From: Adineta vaga
Lineage: Eukaryota; Animalia; Rotifera
Reading direction: 5' to 3'
DNA: 64,000 nucleotides
NCBI GenBank assembly: GCA_021613535.1
Contig: CP075496.1
Span: forward strand, 6,262,001 to 6,326,000
The notes under the pieces are model-generated. The model did no database searches. It was not told the origin of the DNA and was given only the letters and a program-made list of their open reading frames with translations. Of this stretch, positions 1 through 12,040 are shown piece after piece. Each line of letters begins with the position of its first letter. Position 1 is the stretch's first letter. Both the position numbers and the translations under genes were made by a program.

Positions 1-1703
1 AGGTGAATTATCATTTTTATCATCGATTGAACAATTATCGAAAGTATATCCAAATGAAACTGATATTCAAGTTTTACATGGTCTATCTCTTTTAAATATC
101 GCTTATCAAAATGAATTTGAAGGTCAAATTGAACCTAAACCAATGCTTGAAGCAAGAAAAATATTAAAATCTGCTCTAAAAAATGAACCAACTCATCCAG
201 GTGCTCTTCATTATTTAATCCATGCGTTTGATGTCGATCATGTCACAACAGCAGAAAAAGCTGCTGAATTTGCTACCATATACAATAAAACGGTTCTATC
301 TCTCTCGCATGCACAACATATGCCTGCTCATATTTGGATGCGTACTGGTAAGTTTAGTATAAGACTTTTTATCAATAATTCATATACATTTAGGTGCATG
401 GCTTCTCGCTATATCTGCTGATCGATCAGCTGTTGAAGTAAGTTTAGGATTATGTGCCACTAAAATATTCCATCGACATATATCCATTTCATCACCTGAT
501 TTAACATCTATCTTGAAACAATTTAATTCATCAAGTCAAGTTCTATCTTTTCTTCAATGTGATGCAGAGAATCGTGCTCATTCTACAGAATGGCTCTCTT
601 ATTCTCGTTTACAAGCTGGTGATTGGTTAGGTAGTGTTGCCTTAATTCGAGATCTATTTCTTGCTGAAAATCAATCACTTTCAACACCACATCATTATTT
701 ACCTTTTGCTTATCGAGCACAAGCACGTTCCATAGTTGATATTTTCTTTTGGTTTCCATATCGGAGAGAATTTCTCGACAAGATACAATCTTTATTAGTA
801 TTCAACAAAGAACAACCGCTAGTTTTATTTGGTGATAATGCAACGGGCTGGTATCCAATATGGAGTGAAGCAGGATATCGTTTCAGTAGGAAATTTGTTT
901 TTCTCTTCTCTTCTATTTTATATTTATATCATTCGTATTTAGTTGAATGTCTTCAATTATTAACTAATTTCCATTTAAATAATAATAAATCACAAGTATT
1001 CATAACGATAGACAATCATCTTGAACGCTTCATTATTTTATCCAATCGAACTAGACATTTTAGCAAATATATAGCAAATAATATTTTTTTGATGGCACCA
1101 CAAATTCTTGCGATGCGTTATTATGTTAATGGATTATGGCAAGAATGTTTAAATGAATTATATACAGCTACTCAATTAGAATCAACAGCAGTATCAAATG
1201 GAAATAATCCTACTCTAATCTTTGCACGTTCATCCGAATTATTAGCCATGCATTTATTACTAATGTATGAAACATACCAAGAAGATACGGTAAATTGATA
1301 TTTCTAACGATCTAAATTATGACATGTGATTATTTTATAGAAATGGAATAATTCTTCTGTATATAAGTTAAATGGTTCTGAAATATCATTAGATAAATTT
1401 CCGTCAATGGCTTTAGATTTTTATCAAAAAGAAGATCAAATTGCACCTAATCGAGCGATTAATACACTTGGCATGGCTCGATTAAATGTTCATCTCAATC
1501 ACGAAAATATAGCAACTAGTTTATATCAACAACTTGTTTTTCAAATGACTTCAGCTAATTATAGTGATGAGAATTTTCTTCGAGAAGCAAATCAATATCT
1601 TGAACAACATAATTCAATGATAAAATGTACTTTTTCAATTATTCTAATCATTTTTTCACTATTATCTTCTATTTTGCATTCAACTTTAAATAAAATTTCT
1701 TAA
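1..1703 (+). CDS. His-motif TPR-like protein of bacterial/fungal type, copy 1 (5' end outside window; 3 introns visible; C-terminal hydrophobic tail)
   Basis: Open frame from the window start (GELSFLSSIEQLSKVYPNETDIQ) continues through ORFs 143-421, 513-1298 and 1407-1703 via GT-AG introns (~348-393, ~887-942, ~1291-1340). Motifs HPGALHYLIH, HAQHMPAHIW and APNR. Colinear with the paralog at 2182-4388. Confidence 0.75.
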
Positions 1704-2181
1704 ACTCGCGCAATCAACCATTGTACCTGTAATACAATCGATTTTAGATTTTGATAAAAAGAATAATGAAACAAAACGTATCTATACAATCTGTTGAAAT
1801 CTAATGTTCTGATGTATTCAACCTTAGCCCATAGAGAAAAAGTATTGTTTAGAAATAAACGTCAAGACAATACAATACAAAGAATACTCACCTTGAGTAA
1901 CTATTGATGCGTGAATGACTGCTCAAATCCTATTCATCTATTTTGATTTCAACTAAAATATTAGGAGTCTTTGTCATTATTTTATATTTTCGACGCATTA
2001 TTGTATGATTTATCTATTCATTACATAATTATAGTTTGTAAAGTCCAATGAATGAATTGTTCTATCCGTACACTTTATTTATCAGTACTTTGTCATTCTT
2101 TCTATTTATAGCCAACGAAGCGATTATTTTCTATACAATATATTTACCGATTCATTTTCTTTCGAGACTTAATCGAAGAAT

Positions 2182-4388
2182 ATGATATTATTTACTCTTA
2201 TAATCTTTTTTGCTGGTTATAAACAAATTATTTCTCAATCATGGAATGTATCGGATGGTATTCTGCCCTGGGAAGTATTTGTACAATTAGCTGATACACA
2301 TCGACCATTGGGTTTAGTACTGAATCAAACTTCATTGGTACATCATCATTTTGCTATTGGTTATTTTTGTCTTCATTCGTTTATGTATGATGAAGCACAA
2401 GAAGCTTTCAATATGGCTATTGAACTGGATCCTACCTTCATTGAAGCCTATATTGGCAAAATGCTCACGTATGTTGTATAAAATTATTGACTTTGAATTC
2501 ACATAAGTTTGCTTTGTTCATTAGATGTAAACAAACATTAGGATCATATACAAATTTTGATTGTGGACTAAGTGTATACAATAATATTTCAACGATCCCA
2601 ACAAAGTACAATATAGTATTGTCACCTCTACAATCTTCACTGATCGAAACAGTTCATCATTGGTATGCAAATCAGTCATCAATTGCAGCTGGAGAACTAG
2701 CATTCCTAGCAGCTATCGAAAATGTATCAGTAACATATCCAAATGAAACTGATATTCAGGTTTTATGGGGTTTGTCACTATTAAATGTAGCATTTCAACG
2801 TCAATATGAAGGTCAAATGGAACCAGAACCAATGATCAAAGCTAGAGCTGTATTAAAAACGGCTTTAACAAATGAACCAACACATCCAGGCGCTCTTCAT
2901 TATATAATACGAGCTTATGACGTTGCAAACAATAATATATCTGCAAATGCAATAGATTATGTAACCAATTATGAAAAATTGCCATCAGCATTATCACATT
3001 CAAATCATGTACCTGCTCTTATTTGGATGCGTACAGGTAATAGAAATATATGAACGATTGAATTTTTCAAACTTATTTTATTGATAGGTTCAATAATTTC
3101 GGCTAAATCAGCCGATGAAACATCACTTCGTAATAGTTTAACATTATGTTTAATGAAAATAATGGGTCGTAATGTATCAATATCATCATTACAACTTAGT
3201 TCCGCTTTGGCACAACTCAATTCAACAACTCAAATACAAACATTTCTTCAATGTGATACAAAGAATCGTGCAACAGCAACAGAATGGCTTTCTTTTTCTC
3301 GTCTGCAAACAGGCAATTGGCAAGGTACATTAACGCCAATAAATGATCTCTATTTTGCATATAATCAATCAGTACCACCATCAAATCTATATTTATCCTA
3401 TGCTTATCGAACGCGAGCACGTGCTGTTATAAATATTTTCTACTGGTTACCATACGATTCTCAATTTGTTACTAAGGCAAATGAAGTACAACAATTACAT
3501 GATACATTAGATTTTATTGCATCAAGTGACAATATAACAGACTGGGATATATCCTGGAGTGAAGCAGGATATCGATTAAGTATGAGATAGATTCGTTCTA
3601 TTTAAAATATATATTAAATACAATTATTTAGGTAGTTGTCTTCGTTTATTAACCAATATCAATACAACTTATACGGATTCATCAATAAAACCTATGATAG
3701 ATGAACATCTTGCTCGTTTTGCTGTACTTGCAAATCAAACAGCACCATTAAATACATACATATCAGTTAGTATTTCATTAATGATCAATCAAGTTCAAGG
3801 AATAATCTCTTATAAAAATAATTTATTCCAAGAATGTCTAAATACATTAAGAGAAGCGGCAAAACGTGAATCTGAACTTGTAACTGATAATAATAGTCCA
3901 ACACTAATATATGCACGTTCTTCAGAATTACTTGCTATGCATCTATTACTTCTCCATCGAAAATATATCGAATCAACGGTAAACTTATTTTAATATTCTT
4001 TTGTTAAAATATGATTTCGAAAATATTTGTTTAGATAACAACTAATTTTACAATCTTGATGTTCAATGATACTCTCATTTCTGTAAGTCAATTTCCACTA
4101 TTTGCATTGGATCTTTATGAAAGTGCTGATATATCAGCACCTAATCGAGCAGCTAATATTCTTGGAATGGCTCGAGCAAATTCTCAGCTTCGTTATAATA
4201 ATGCTGCTGAGAGATTGTATCAAAAATTACTCGATCAAATCAGTTCTTCAAATAATTCCGATCCAATATTTGCTCAAGAAGCTACTAATTTTTTGGCCCA
4301 GAAAACTGAATTAACTGGCTTAGCTGATAAGAAACAATTTTGTTTTTATTCAATTGTACTTAGTTTGTTTTTCATTATTTTCGCTTAA
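2182..4388 (+). CDS. His-motif TPR-like protein, copy 2 (signal peptide, C-terminal hydrophobic tail, 4 introns)
   Basis: N-terminal hydrophobic segment MILFTLIIFFAG, TPR-like segment LHSFMYDEAQEAFNMAIELDPTF, HPGALHYII motif and C-terminal FCFYSIVLSLFFIIFA. Intron positions are shared with copy 1. Confidence 0.75.
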
Positions 4389-4559
4389 CAAATCAATAAA
4401 AAGAACCGTTCTCTTCAAAACTAATCCCTGGCAATACTTTTCTTTTTGAATTTATTTAAGATTGAATTTAAAAAATAATCGTGACACTATTTAGTGAAAT
4501 TCAAAGTACGGATCAAGGATGTGTTTGTTTCTTCAAATGAGAGTATTTGATTCATTCTA

Positions 4560-5811
4560 CTAATTATTTTTAATGAATACAGATTGTAAGTAAGTGGTAA
4601 CTGCTTTCGTCCAGATTGCATAACCTTTACTGTTCATATGTAAGTTATCAGCAAGAAACAAATCAGGATTTGGTTGTCCATTAGGTAGAAGCATGTCATA
4701 CCAGATATCGATGTATGAAACATCGGGAAATAATAGATCAATATCTTGTTTAATACGATTATTTGCATCACTCATTTGACTCATTTTATTAACACGTGAT
4801 GGACTCGGCTTCAATGATATATAAGCAATAGGTGTATTGTGATAGAAACGACGAACAAGTGGAATAAGTTGTCGAAAGATTGTTTGAAGAGTAATTGGTG
4901 TTGTTCCACCAGCAATATCATTTTCACCAGCATAAATAATGAATATACTTGGTTCTAATGGTTGAACGATACGTTTAAACTGTTGATAACATTGAAGTAA
5001 TGTCGAACCACCAAAACCTCGGTTAAGTGTTGTATAATCAGGAAAATCTTGAGCTAATGTTTTCCACATCACAATAGATGAACTTCCATAGAAAACAACT
5101 GCTTGACGTACGGCTGTTGCTAAATTTCGATCGTATGGAAGAAGAGTTCCAACTTCGAACGATGTACTTGATAGAACAAGATTTGTATTTTCATCATCGA
5201 TATATCGACAAGTTGTAGGTGTTCGTGTATATCGAAGAGCATCTGATGATGTATCATTTTCAAATGTTGGTGTGCAAGTACCATTCGATTGACGACCAAA
5301 AATAATTTCTGTATTCGAAAGTCGTTGCCGCCAATAGCAGAGTGTTTTATTCACAATTTCTGAGGGTCCTATAAAAATCATTTCATTCTCTTTTGTGTCT
5401 CTATATGCTCCAAAGGATATTCTTCTTACCTTTTGTTGTGACCGTGAAGAGTTGATATGTGTTACCAGTACCACCCGTATTATTCACAGCAACAAAATGA
5501 TTGATCTAAATATACTGCATAGTATTAAATGAGATGACACGAATAAGGAATACCCATGTCGATGATGGATTATCGATATAATTCATCGTGAATGTACCAT
5601 TATTATAGAAAAAAGCTTGACCAGTTTGTGTGTATGTTTGAGTTGAAGCCGACCATTTTGCTACACACCATAATCCACGCATGAAAAGAGGTGTAGCCGG
5701 AAGGTTACCTAATTATGATCTTCTTTGTAGAATTATCAAAAAATCAAGAAATTTACTTTGTGCACAAGCAATTGCTAAAATAGAGAACAGAGTTAACCAA
5801 CACAGGTGCAT
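4560..5811 (-). CDS. Secreted SGNH/GDSL-like hydrolase with an uncharacterised N-terminal domain (3 introns)
   Basis: SGNH blocks FYGSSS, NRGFGGS, YAGEND and DNLH in ORF 4560-5474. Hand-splicing extends the gene to an ATG at 5811 encoding the signal peptide MHLCWLTLFSILAIACAQ. Confidence 0.8.
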
Positions 5812-6447
5812 GATGGAAATCGTCTTATTGAAAAGAAAGAATGTTTCAGTTCGATTTAATTTCAGTGCTTTTTTATAATCTTCTGATCGTTCTCTTCTCT
5901 TATCTTTTAATACTCTTGAAATATTTTCTCAATATAGATATTTGACATATTTATCCAAAAAATGAATTGATTTACTAATCTAAGAAAACGATTAAACGAC
6001 AAAACTTCTTATCAGATAATTTAATACAAAAGCAAATATCAATATTTTGATTTATAAACGTACCTAGCATACGAAAGCACCTCTTAACTCTTTTTTTCCT
6101 GATTAGTCTTTTTTTGACCTATTCAATTTCGAACATTTCCGCCGAAAATTGAAACGAAAGAACTACTAATTGTTTCATGAATTTGTATGGTATCGATAAT
6201 GATAAAAAAATCAGTTGTTCAGGAAATAAAACGTTAAACATTTAAATTCTCCGCATATTTCCTTCTGTTCTTATCTGAATCAAACCATCGTCGTCATCAT
6301 CATCTTGTTGTCGAAGCAAAATGGCCTAAAAACGTGTCTTTTTTCTCTAGTGTAGGAAGTAAAAAAAGAAAAAGAAAAGACTCAATATTTATATTGCATG
6401 TGTCATTTTTCTTAAAATTGTCTAAAAACATTCATCGATCGGAATAA

Positions 6448-8322
6448 ATGTCGCTCTCAAAACTTGAATCATTGCCGAATGAATTATTATGCGATATGAT
6501 TGAAAAATATATCAATGGAATAGATCTAGTTATGGCATTAAATTTTCAATTGAATCATCGTTTTGATATGCTTATTGCTCAATCGCAACGACTTCGATTC
6601 AATTTCACTCATTGCAAGAAAGATGATTTTCGATTTTGTATGGGTTTATTAGGTGCATATTTGGAGAAAATAGAAGAACTAACACTATCGGACGAATATA
6701 CACCCGGTCAAATCTATGGTTTTCTAGCTTTTTATCCAACATTCGAATCATTTAAATATCTTCGTAGACTTTATTTTCGTTTTAATGGTGACATGATCGA
6801 TGAAAGTACTATCGAACGAGCTCTTCAATCAATACGGCAGACGTCTATTGAGACTTTATCAATAGAAGCAAACAATGCAAGTAGTATGAATCGACTAAGG
6901 ATCTTATTTCACAATCTTTTCTTTGTGAAATCATTGAAAAAATTATCAATTCACACTAATTTACTTTGGCTCGAAAATCGATTTCAATCGCAAGCACGAG
7001 ATTTGTCAAATATTGAATATTTAGCTATTTCTGGTACAAATTGTGCTCTTGGACAATTACAATACATTTTGCAATGTATTCCTCATCTTAAATATCTTAA
7101 AATACAAGTAAGCGATTGGAAATATAATAAATCACAAAAAGCAGATATTATACAAATGTTTGAATTACGTACATTGATCTTATTTGTTCATCAATGCGAT
7201 TTAATGACTATGGAACACATAGCACGATATGTTAGTTGTATGCCTACTTTGAGGTGTTTCGAAGTGACAGGCTTCAAAGAATTGATGAATGTAGCCGCAT
7301 GGGAAATGTTACTACAAACATCATTGCCTTTATTAACACATTTCACTCTGCAAATAAGTCTCGCTGTTTCATCAGAATATTATCCAGACGATGTTAGTGC
7401 AATGTTTTCAGGATCTTTCTGGATGTCAAAAAAAAATTTTAATGTGATCATCGTTCACAAAATGCCTCGGGAATTTTCGAGGAAACGATTATCATCACTA
7501 GTAGATGGTGACATGAATCATTTTGATAAACCTGTTACTCAGTGTTGGATATTACCCAACCGGAAGATTAATGAAAATCTTTCTGTAACAAATAAAATTA
7601 ATAAATGGTTGGTCGGGTTACAATCTGAGAATGTATGGAATTTTGCTCGTTTCAATAGTGTAATACGTCTTGAAGTGTGTAATATGGATAAATATTTACT
7701 CAACTGGATTATAATGTCGATTGATTGTACTGAAATCAAAGAGCTTAGTATAGAAAATACAAATAAGAACATCGATGACGTAGTTTTACTCTTCAATAAA
7801 CTTCCAAGTATACAATCACTTGAAATATGCATCGACTTCTTAATTGATATGCAGAATGTTTTTCGTACAAAATATAAACATTTACGACGACTTGATATAT
7901 CTTGTTCGCAACATAAATTCAACGAAAAAGAGATCGCCACTATTGCTACATTCTTTCCTCATCTTGAACATCTGTCAATTAATACGTTGAACTTACACAA
8001 TGTTCCGCTATTGAGAACATATTTACCATATCTTCGTAGTCTTACATTCAAGTTTGATATAATAACAAGTGATCCTTTTGCTTCTTATAATTCAAGATCT
8101 CGAAAGCATGCACTGTATGACGAAGTTCAATTTTTATTTGAAATTAATGGGGATTTTGTTACGGTTTGGATTGATCAAGCGACATTCAAAGATCCTTACT
8201 GGTTGAAGTATAGTAAAAACCCACCTGTGTCCGATATCGTACCACTGGAGTTTGGAAGACTTAGTGGAAAAAATAGGAAAAAGGAGAATGGTTTGCGTTC
8301 CTTTTTAAATTTTTTCAAATAA
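6448..8322 (+). CDS. F-box/LRR-like protein (rotifer-expanded type), intronless
   Basis: 624-aa ORF beginning with F-box-like KLESLPNELLCDMIEKY, followed by repeated LxxLxL segments (PHLKYLKI, PHLEHLSI, PYLRSLTF). Confidence 0.75.
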   Translation: MSLSKLESLPNELLCDMIEKYINGIDLVMALNFQLNHRFDMLIAQSQRLRFNFTHCKKDDFRFCMGLLGAYLEKIEELTLSDEYTPGQIYGFLAFYPTFESFKYLRRLYFRFNGDMIDESTIERALQSIRQTSIETLSIEANNASSMNRLRILFHNLFFVKSLKKLSIHTNLLWLENRFQSQARDLSNIEYLAISGTNCALGQLQYILQCIPHLKYLKIQVSDWKYNKSQKADIIQMFELRTLILFVHQCDLMTMEHIARYVSCMPTLRCFEVTGFKELMNVAAWEMLLQTSLPLLTHFTLQISLAVSSEYYPDDVSAMFSGSFWMSKKNFNVIIVHKMPREFSRKRLSSLVDGDMNHFDKPVTQCWILPNRKINENLSVTNKINKWLVGLQSENVWNFARFNSVIRLEVCNMDKYLLNWIIMSIDCTEIKELSIENTNKNIDDVVLLFNKLPSIQSLEICIDFLIDMQNVFRTKYKHLRRLDISCSQHKFNEKEIATIATFFPHLEHLSINTLNLHNVPLLRTYLPYLRSLTFKFDIITSDPFASYNSRSRKHALYDEVQFLFEINGDFVTVWIDQATFKDPYWLKYSKNPPVSDIVPLEFGRLSGKNRKKENGLRSFLNFFK

Positions 8323-8747
8323 CTACAAACGAAATACAGATTTGATGGTAAAACCTATTCTTTGAAATAAAATCATTTAATCACAATATAGATATTTCAA
8401 GGAACACTAACCGTATAATAGGAAAAAGATATTCAGAATATATCATCAACTCTTCACATTGTAGAACACTTCTACGAATTTTTATCAATACTAATGATTG
8501 ATGTATTTTATACATCATATTAGTTTCTAAAGACTCAATATAAACGTGAACAACAAGTTATATAAAATATTCAGATCTAATTCATTGACAGATGAACAAA
8601 AATCATGTATTGATAGTCTCAATAACAGAATCAATATTGATATTTGTTAGTTTTCTTAAATAATATTTATTAAAATAGTTGAATTTACAATTTATTTATT
8701 TCACGATTATAATATAAAATCATCGATCATAAACAAGAACTTCGATA

Positions 8748-10049
8748 TTAACTAATACTATTTAAATTTCTTAAAATTTCATTCACAGCATCTTGAATAC
8801 TCTTCAATGTATGTGGCATAAATGTATCAACAAAGCTTTGTTGATCATTTGCTGCAGTCTTCACAAGTTCCATCAATGATTCGCAATCACGAATTGCTTG
8901 TCGATATTGTTCATATTTCGAAAGGATCCAAAATAGATTGAAGATTAAAACACATGTATAATTATCTAATATATCATTATCAAGATGAATCTTTGGATAG
9001 AATTTTGAAAGATAGGATGTAAACAATTCTATAATTGATTGTAATGTTGATGGTGGTTTTGTTTCATTTTTAATAAGAATATCATGTAATATTTGATCAT
9101 TATGAAATAATTTTACCAGAACAGTTAAGGGTTCGGAAACATGAAAACCATCATGACGATATCTTTCATTTTTTATTGCACTTATAGAAAATTGTAATAA
9201 CATATTAACTAGCTTATGTGAATATTTCGTGGAATCTTGTTTTATCAGATCGAGATCAGTAAGAAGTGCACGGATTATTCCTAGATGTAACGTTATATCG
9301 ATTTCATCGTCAGATGTACTTGGTTCAAATTTAATATGTTCAATGACTTCTAAAGCGTTAAGGTCATTGAATTGTTTGATTCCATCGTCATGTCGTACTA
9401 AATTATGTAAAATATGTATTGGTGCATCTATTTTATCTTCTCGAAATTTCGTTTGACGTATTTCAATCCATTCAATAACACTTTTCCCATACTCAGCTTT
9501 TAATAGTATTGGAACCAGTATCGTTCGATCACTTAAATTCCATATTAATGATAAACATCCATCGGACAAACTATCATATTCATTATCGTTATCGATATGT
9601 TCACGCATAGCTATTAATAATTGTTGATCAGATGATTTTGATAAATCACCATCTTGAAATCGTACTAATGATGTTATACTTGTCGCCATTTTCAGAATAA
9701 GTCGTATATTTGAATCGATATAAGTTGATAATTTCTCTTTGAATATATTCATATAGTCGATGAGAATATTGAAAAGTGTAAAGAAAATCTCACGAACTAA
9801 TGAATGATCTTTACTAAAGAAATCTTTCGATAAAGCAATAGCAAATATTTGAGTTAAAACTGCTCGACTAACATTTAATGTAAATAATTCATCATCTGTT
9901 GCAGTTTTACCTGCTTGAATAACTTCGGGCCAAAGTTGAAGGATATCTTGCAGTGAAGCTTTGATTATTTCATCTGAATCACTCGTAGTTATACGATAGA
10001 ATTCATTGATTTTCGTTAGAACAACTTGACAATCTATTGAAGAATCCAT
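8748..10049 (-). CDS. ARM/HEAT-like alpha-solenoid protein, intronless
   Basis: 433-aa helical ORF with ARM-like segments LSLIWNLSD, ILHNLVRHD, HVSEPLTVLVKLF and FNLFWILS. Confidence 0.6.
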   Translation of the reverse strand: MDSSIDCQVVLTKINEFYRITTSDSDEIIKASLQDILQLWPEVIQAGKTATDDELFTLNVSRAVLTQIFAIALSKDFFSKDHSLVREIFFTLFNILIDYMNIFKEKLSTYIDSNIRLILKMATSITSLVRFQDGDLSKSSDQQLLIAMREHIDNDNEYDSLSDGCLSLIWNLSDRTILVPILLKAEYGKSVIEWIEIRQTKFREDKIDAPIHILHNLVRHDDGIKQFNDLNALEVIEHIKFEPSTSDDEIDITLHLGIIRALLTDLDLIKQDSTKYSHKLVNMLLQFSISAIKNERYRHDGFHVSEPLTVLVKLFHNDQILHDILIKNETKPPSTLQSIIELFTSYLSKFYPKIHLDNDILDNYTCVLIFNLFWILSKYEQYRQAIRDCESLMELVKTAANDQQSFVDTFMPHTLKSIQDAVNEILRNLNSIS

Positions 10050-10627
10050 CTGATTTTATTTGAAGAATCTACAACGAGAAAATTGAAATGTTATACAAAG
10101 ATTTTTCTTTGATTTTCCGTGTAGATTCGTTAATAACCTTGAGTTTATCGAAACAGAAAATAAAATGAAAAGAAACCAAATCACAAACGTGTTCGAATTG
10201 AAAAAGTACGTGAGTTCTCTTTCATGTGTGTGTGTGTGTTGTAAAAACAGCAGCACGCTCCTATGTGAAACGAGAGCAAAAGCAAATATGCCAGCGTTCT
10301 ACAACAACAACAAAAACAACAACATAAAAACATGATCTACCACATTTGTTAGATAAATCATCACTTGTCTCGATCGTGATTTCAACATCAGTTCACTATA
10401 TTGCTTTCACTGTATGCAAATATATAAAAAAGTAAATATGCCGAAGTAATGAATATATTTTTTGAGAAAAAGTGCAAAATAATTGATGTGAAAGAAATAT
10501 AAATCATTAGCGATCTCTTAAGTCAATTAAATTTAGATTTTACTATCAATCATATTAGAAAATAAAAGTTGTTGAAAAGCTGACATATTATAATTTTCAA
10601 TTAGTCACATTTTTCTTCTAAAATAAT

Positions 10628-10635
10628 TGACGTCA
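10628..10635. promoter_or_regulatory. Palindromic CRE (TGACGTCA)
   Basis: Perfect CRE octamer in AT-rich intergenic DNA ~580 nt upstream of the ARM gene. Function is not shown. Confidence 0.25.
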
Positions 10636-10838
10636 TTTGTTTTGCAATATTTAGCGACAAGAAATCGTTCTAACTTTCAGAGCAATCATTTGAAATCAAT
10701 TACATAGAAATAACAAACAAATTGTATAATTATTTTTTATGTTATTTTAATTGATTTTTCTTTGAGAAAAAAATAGATATACAGATTTAAATCTAATCAG
10801 ATATGAATGAACTGTTACACAGTTGTTATTGTTCAGTA

Positions 10839-11911
10839 TTAGTTTTTATGCGCTGTCTTAGTTGAATCTTGTCGTTTACATAAAAGTGCTTGAGCAACTT
10901 TTGATGAATTTTGTCGTTTCAAAGCATTTGTTATAAATTGACCAGCATCAATTAATCGATCAAGATCAACACCAGTTTCATATCCTAATCCATGTAATAA
11001 ATATATCACATCTTCTGTTGCAACATTTCCTGTTGCACCTTTTGCATATGGACATCCACCAAGACCAGCAGCACTCGAATCAACACAACGAATACCCATA
11101 TATAAAGCTTGTGCAATATTTGCAATTGCTTGTCCGTATGTATCATGACAATGAATCGCTAGTTTATTTGACGAGATACCACTTGCATTAAGTGCGTGTA
11201 GCAATTCTTCAATTGATTTCGGTGTACCAACACCAATCGTATCACCTAACGATACTTCATACTATGCAAATGAAAGATAAAAGTATTGAATCAAGAGAAG
11301 TAAAAACAAAACGAAAGACTTACACATCCCATATCAAGTAATTTCTGTACAATAGGTACAACTTGTGATGGTGAAATCTTTCCTTCATATGGACAGCCAA
11401 CGACACAAGATACATATCCTCGTACTGGTAAGTTCTTTTGTTGTGCAATTTTCATTACTTCATCAAAACGTTGTAATGATGTTTCAATCGAACAATTGAT
11501 ATTCTTCTTTGAAAATGTTTCTGATGCTGCAGAAAAAATGGCCACTTCATCGACACCTTTATTTCCTAATGATATCATTTTGTTAATTCCTTGAACGTTT
11601 GGTGTTAATGCAGAATAACAAACACCAGGTGCACGATCAATAGCAGCAAGAACTTCAACATGATCACCCATTTGTGGTACCCATTTGGGTGACACAAAGC
11701 TAGTGACTTCGATTGCTTTGAGACCAGTTTGACTCAATCGATTAACAAATTCGATTTTAATTGGTGTTGGAACATGAATCTTTTCATTTTGTAAACCATC
11801 TCGAGGGCCAACTTCAAATATTCGGACAAAATTGTTTGAGCGTGAAGAAGCAATTGATCGTGAAATAATATTAAATTGAATCATACGACGGAGAATCATT
11901 CTCGTCAACAT
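10839..11911 (-). CDS. HMGCL: Hydroxymethylglutaryl-CoA lyase, mitochondrial
   Basis: [42 protein letters not shown] and [19 protein letters not shown]. One intron at ~11262-11322. Arg-rich presequence. Confidence 0.95.
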
Positions 11912-12040
11912 AGTACATCTAAAATGAAAGTAATAAATATATTTGACAAGTTTATAGGACAGAAAAAAACAAAAAAAATATTAAAAATTCAATCAACAGA
12001 TATACATATTGAAGAGACATGAACAATTCAAGAAATTTGT

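Noticed and set aside
5681-5878. Plus-strand 65-aa ORF, and similar antisense ORFs (7539-7940, 9229-9456, 46916-47134, 59726-59947)
   Set aside because: They are shadows of real genes on the opposite strand.
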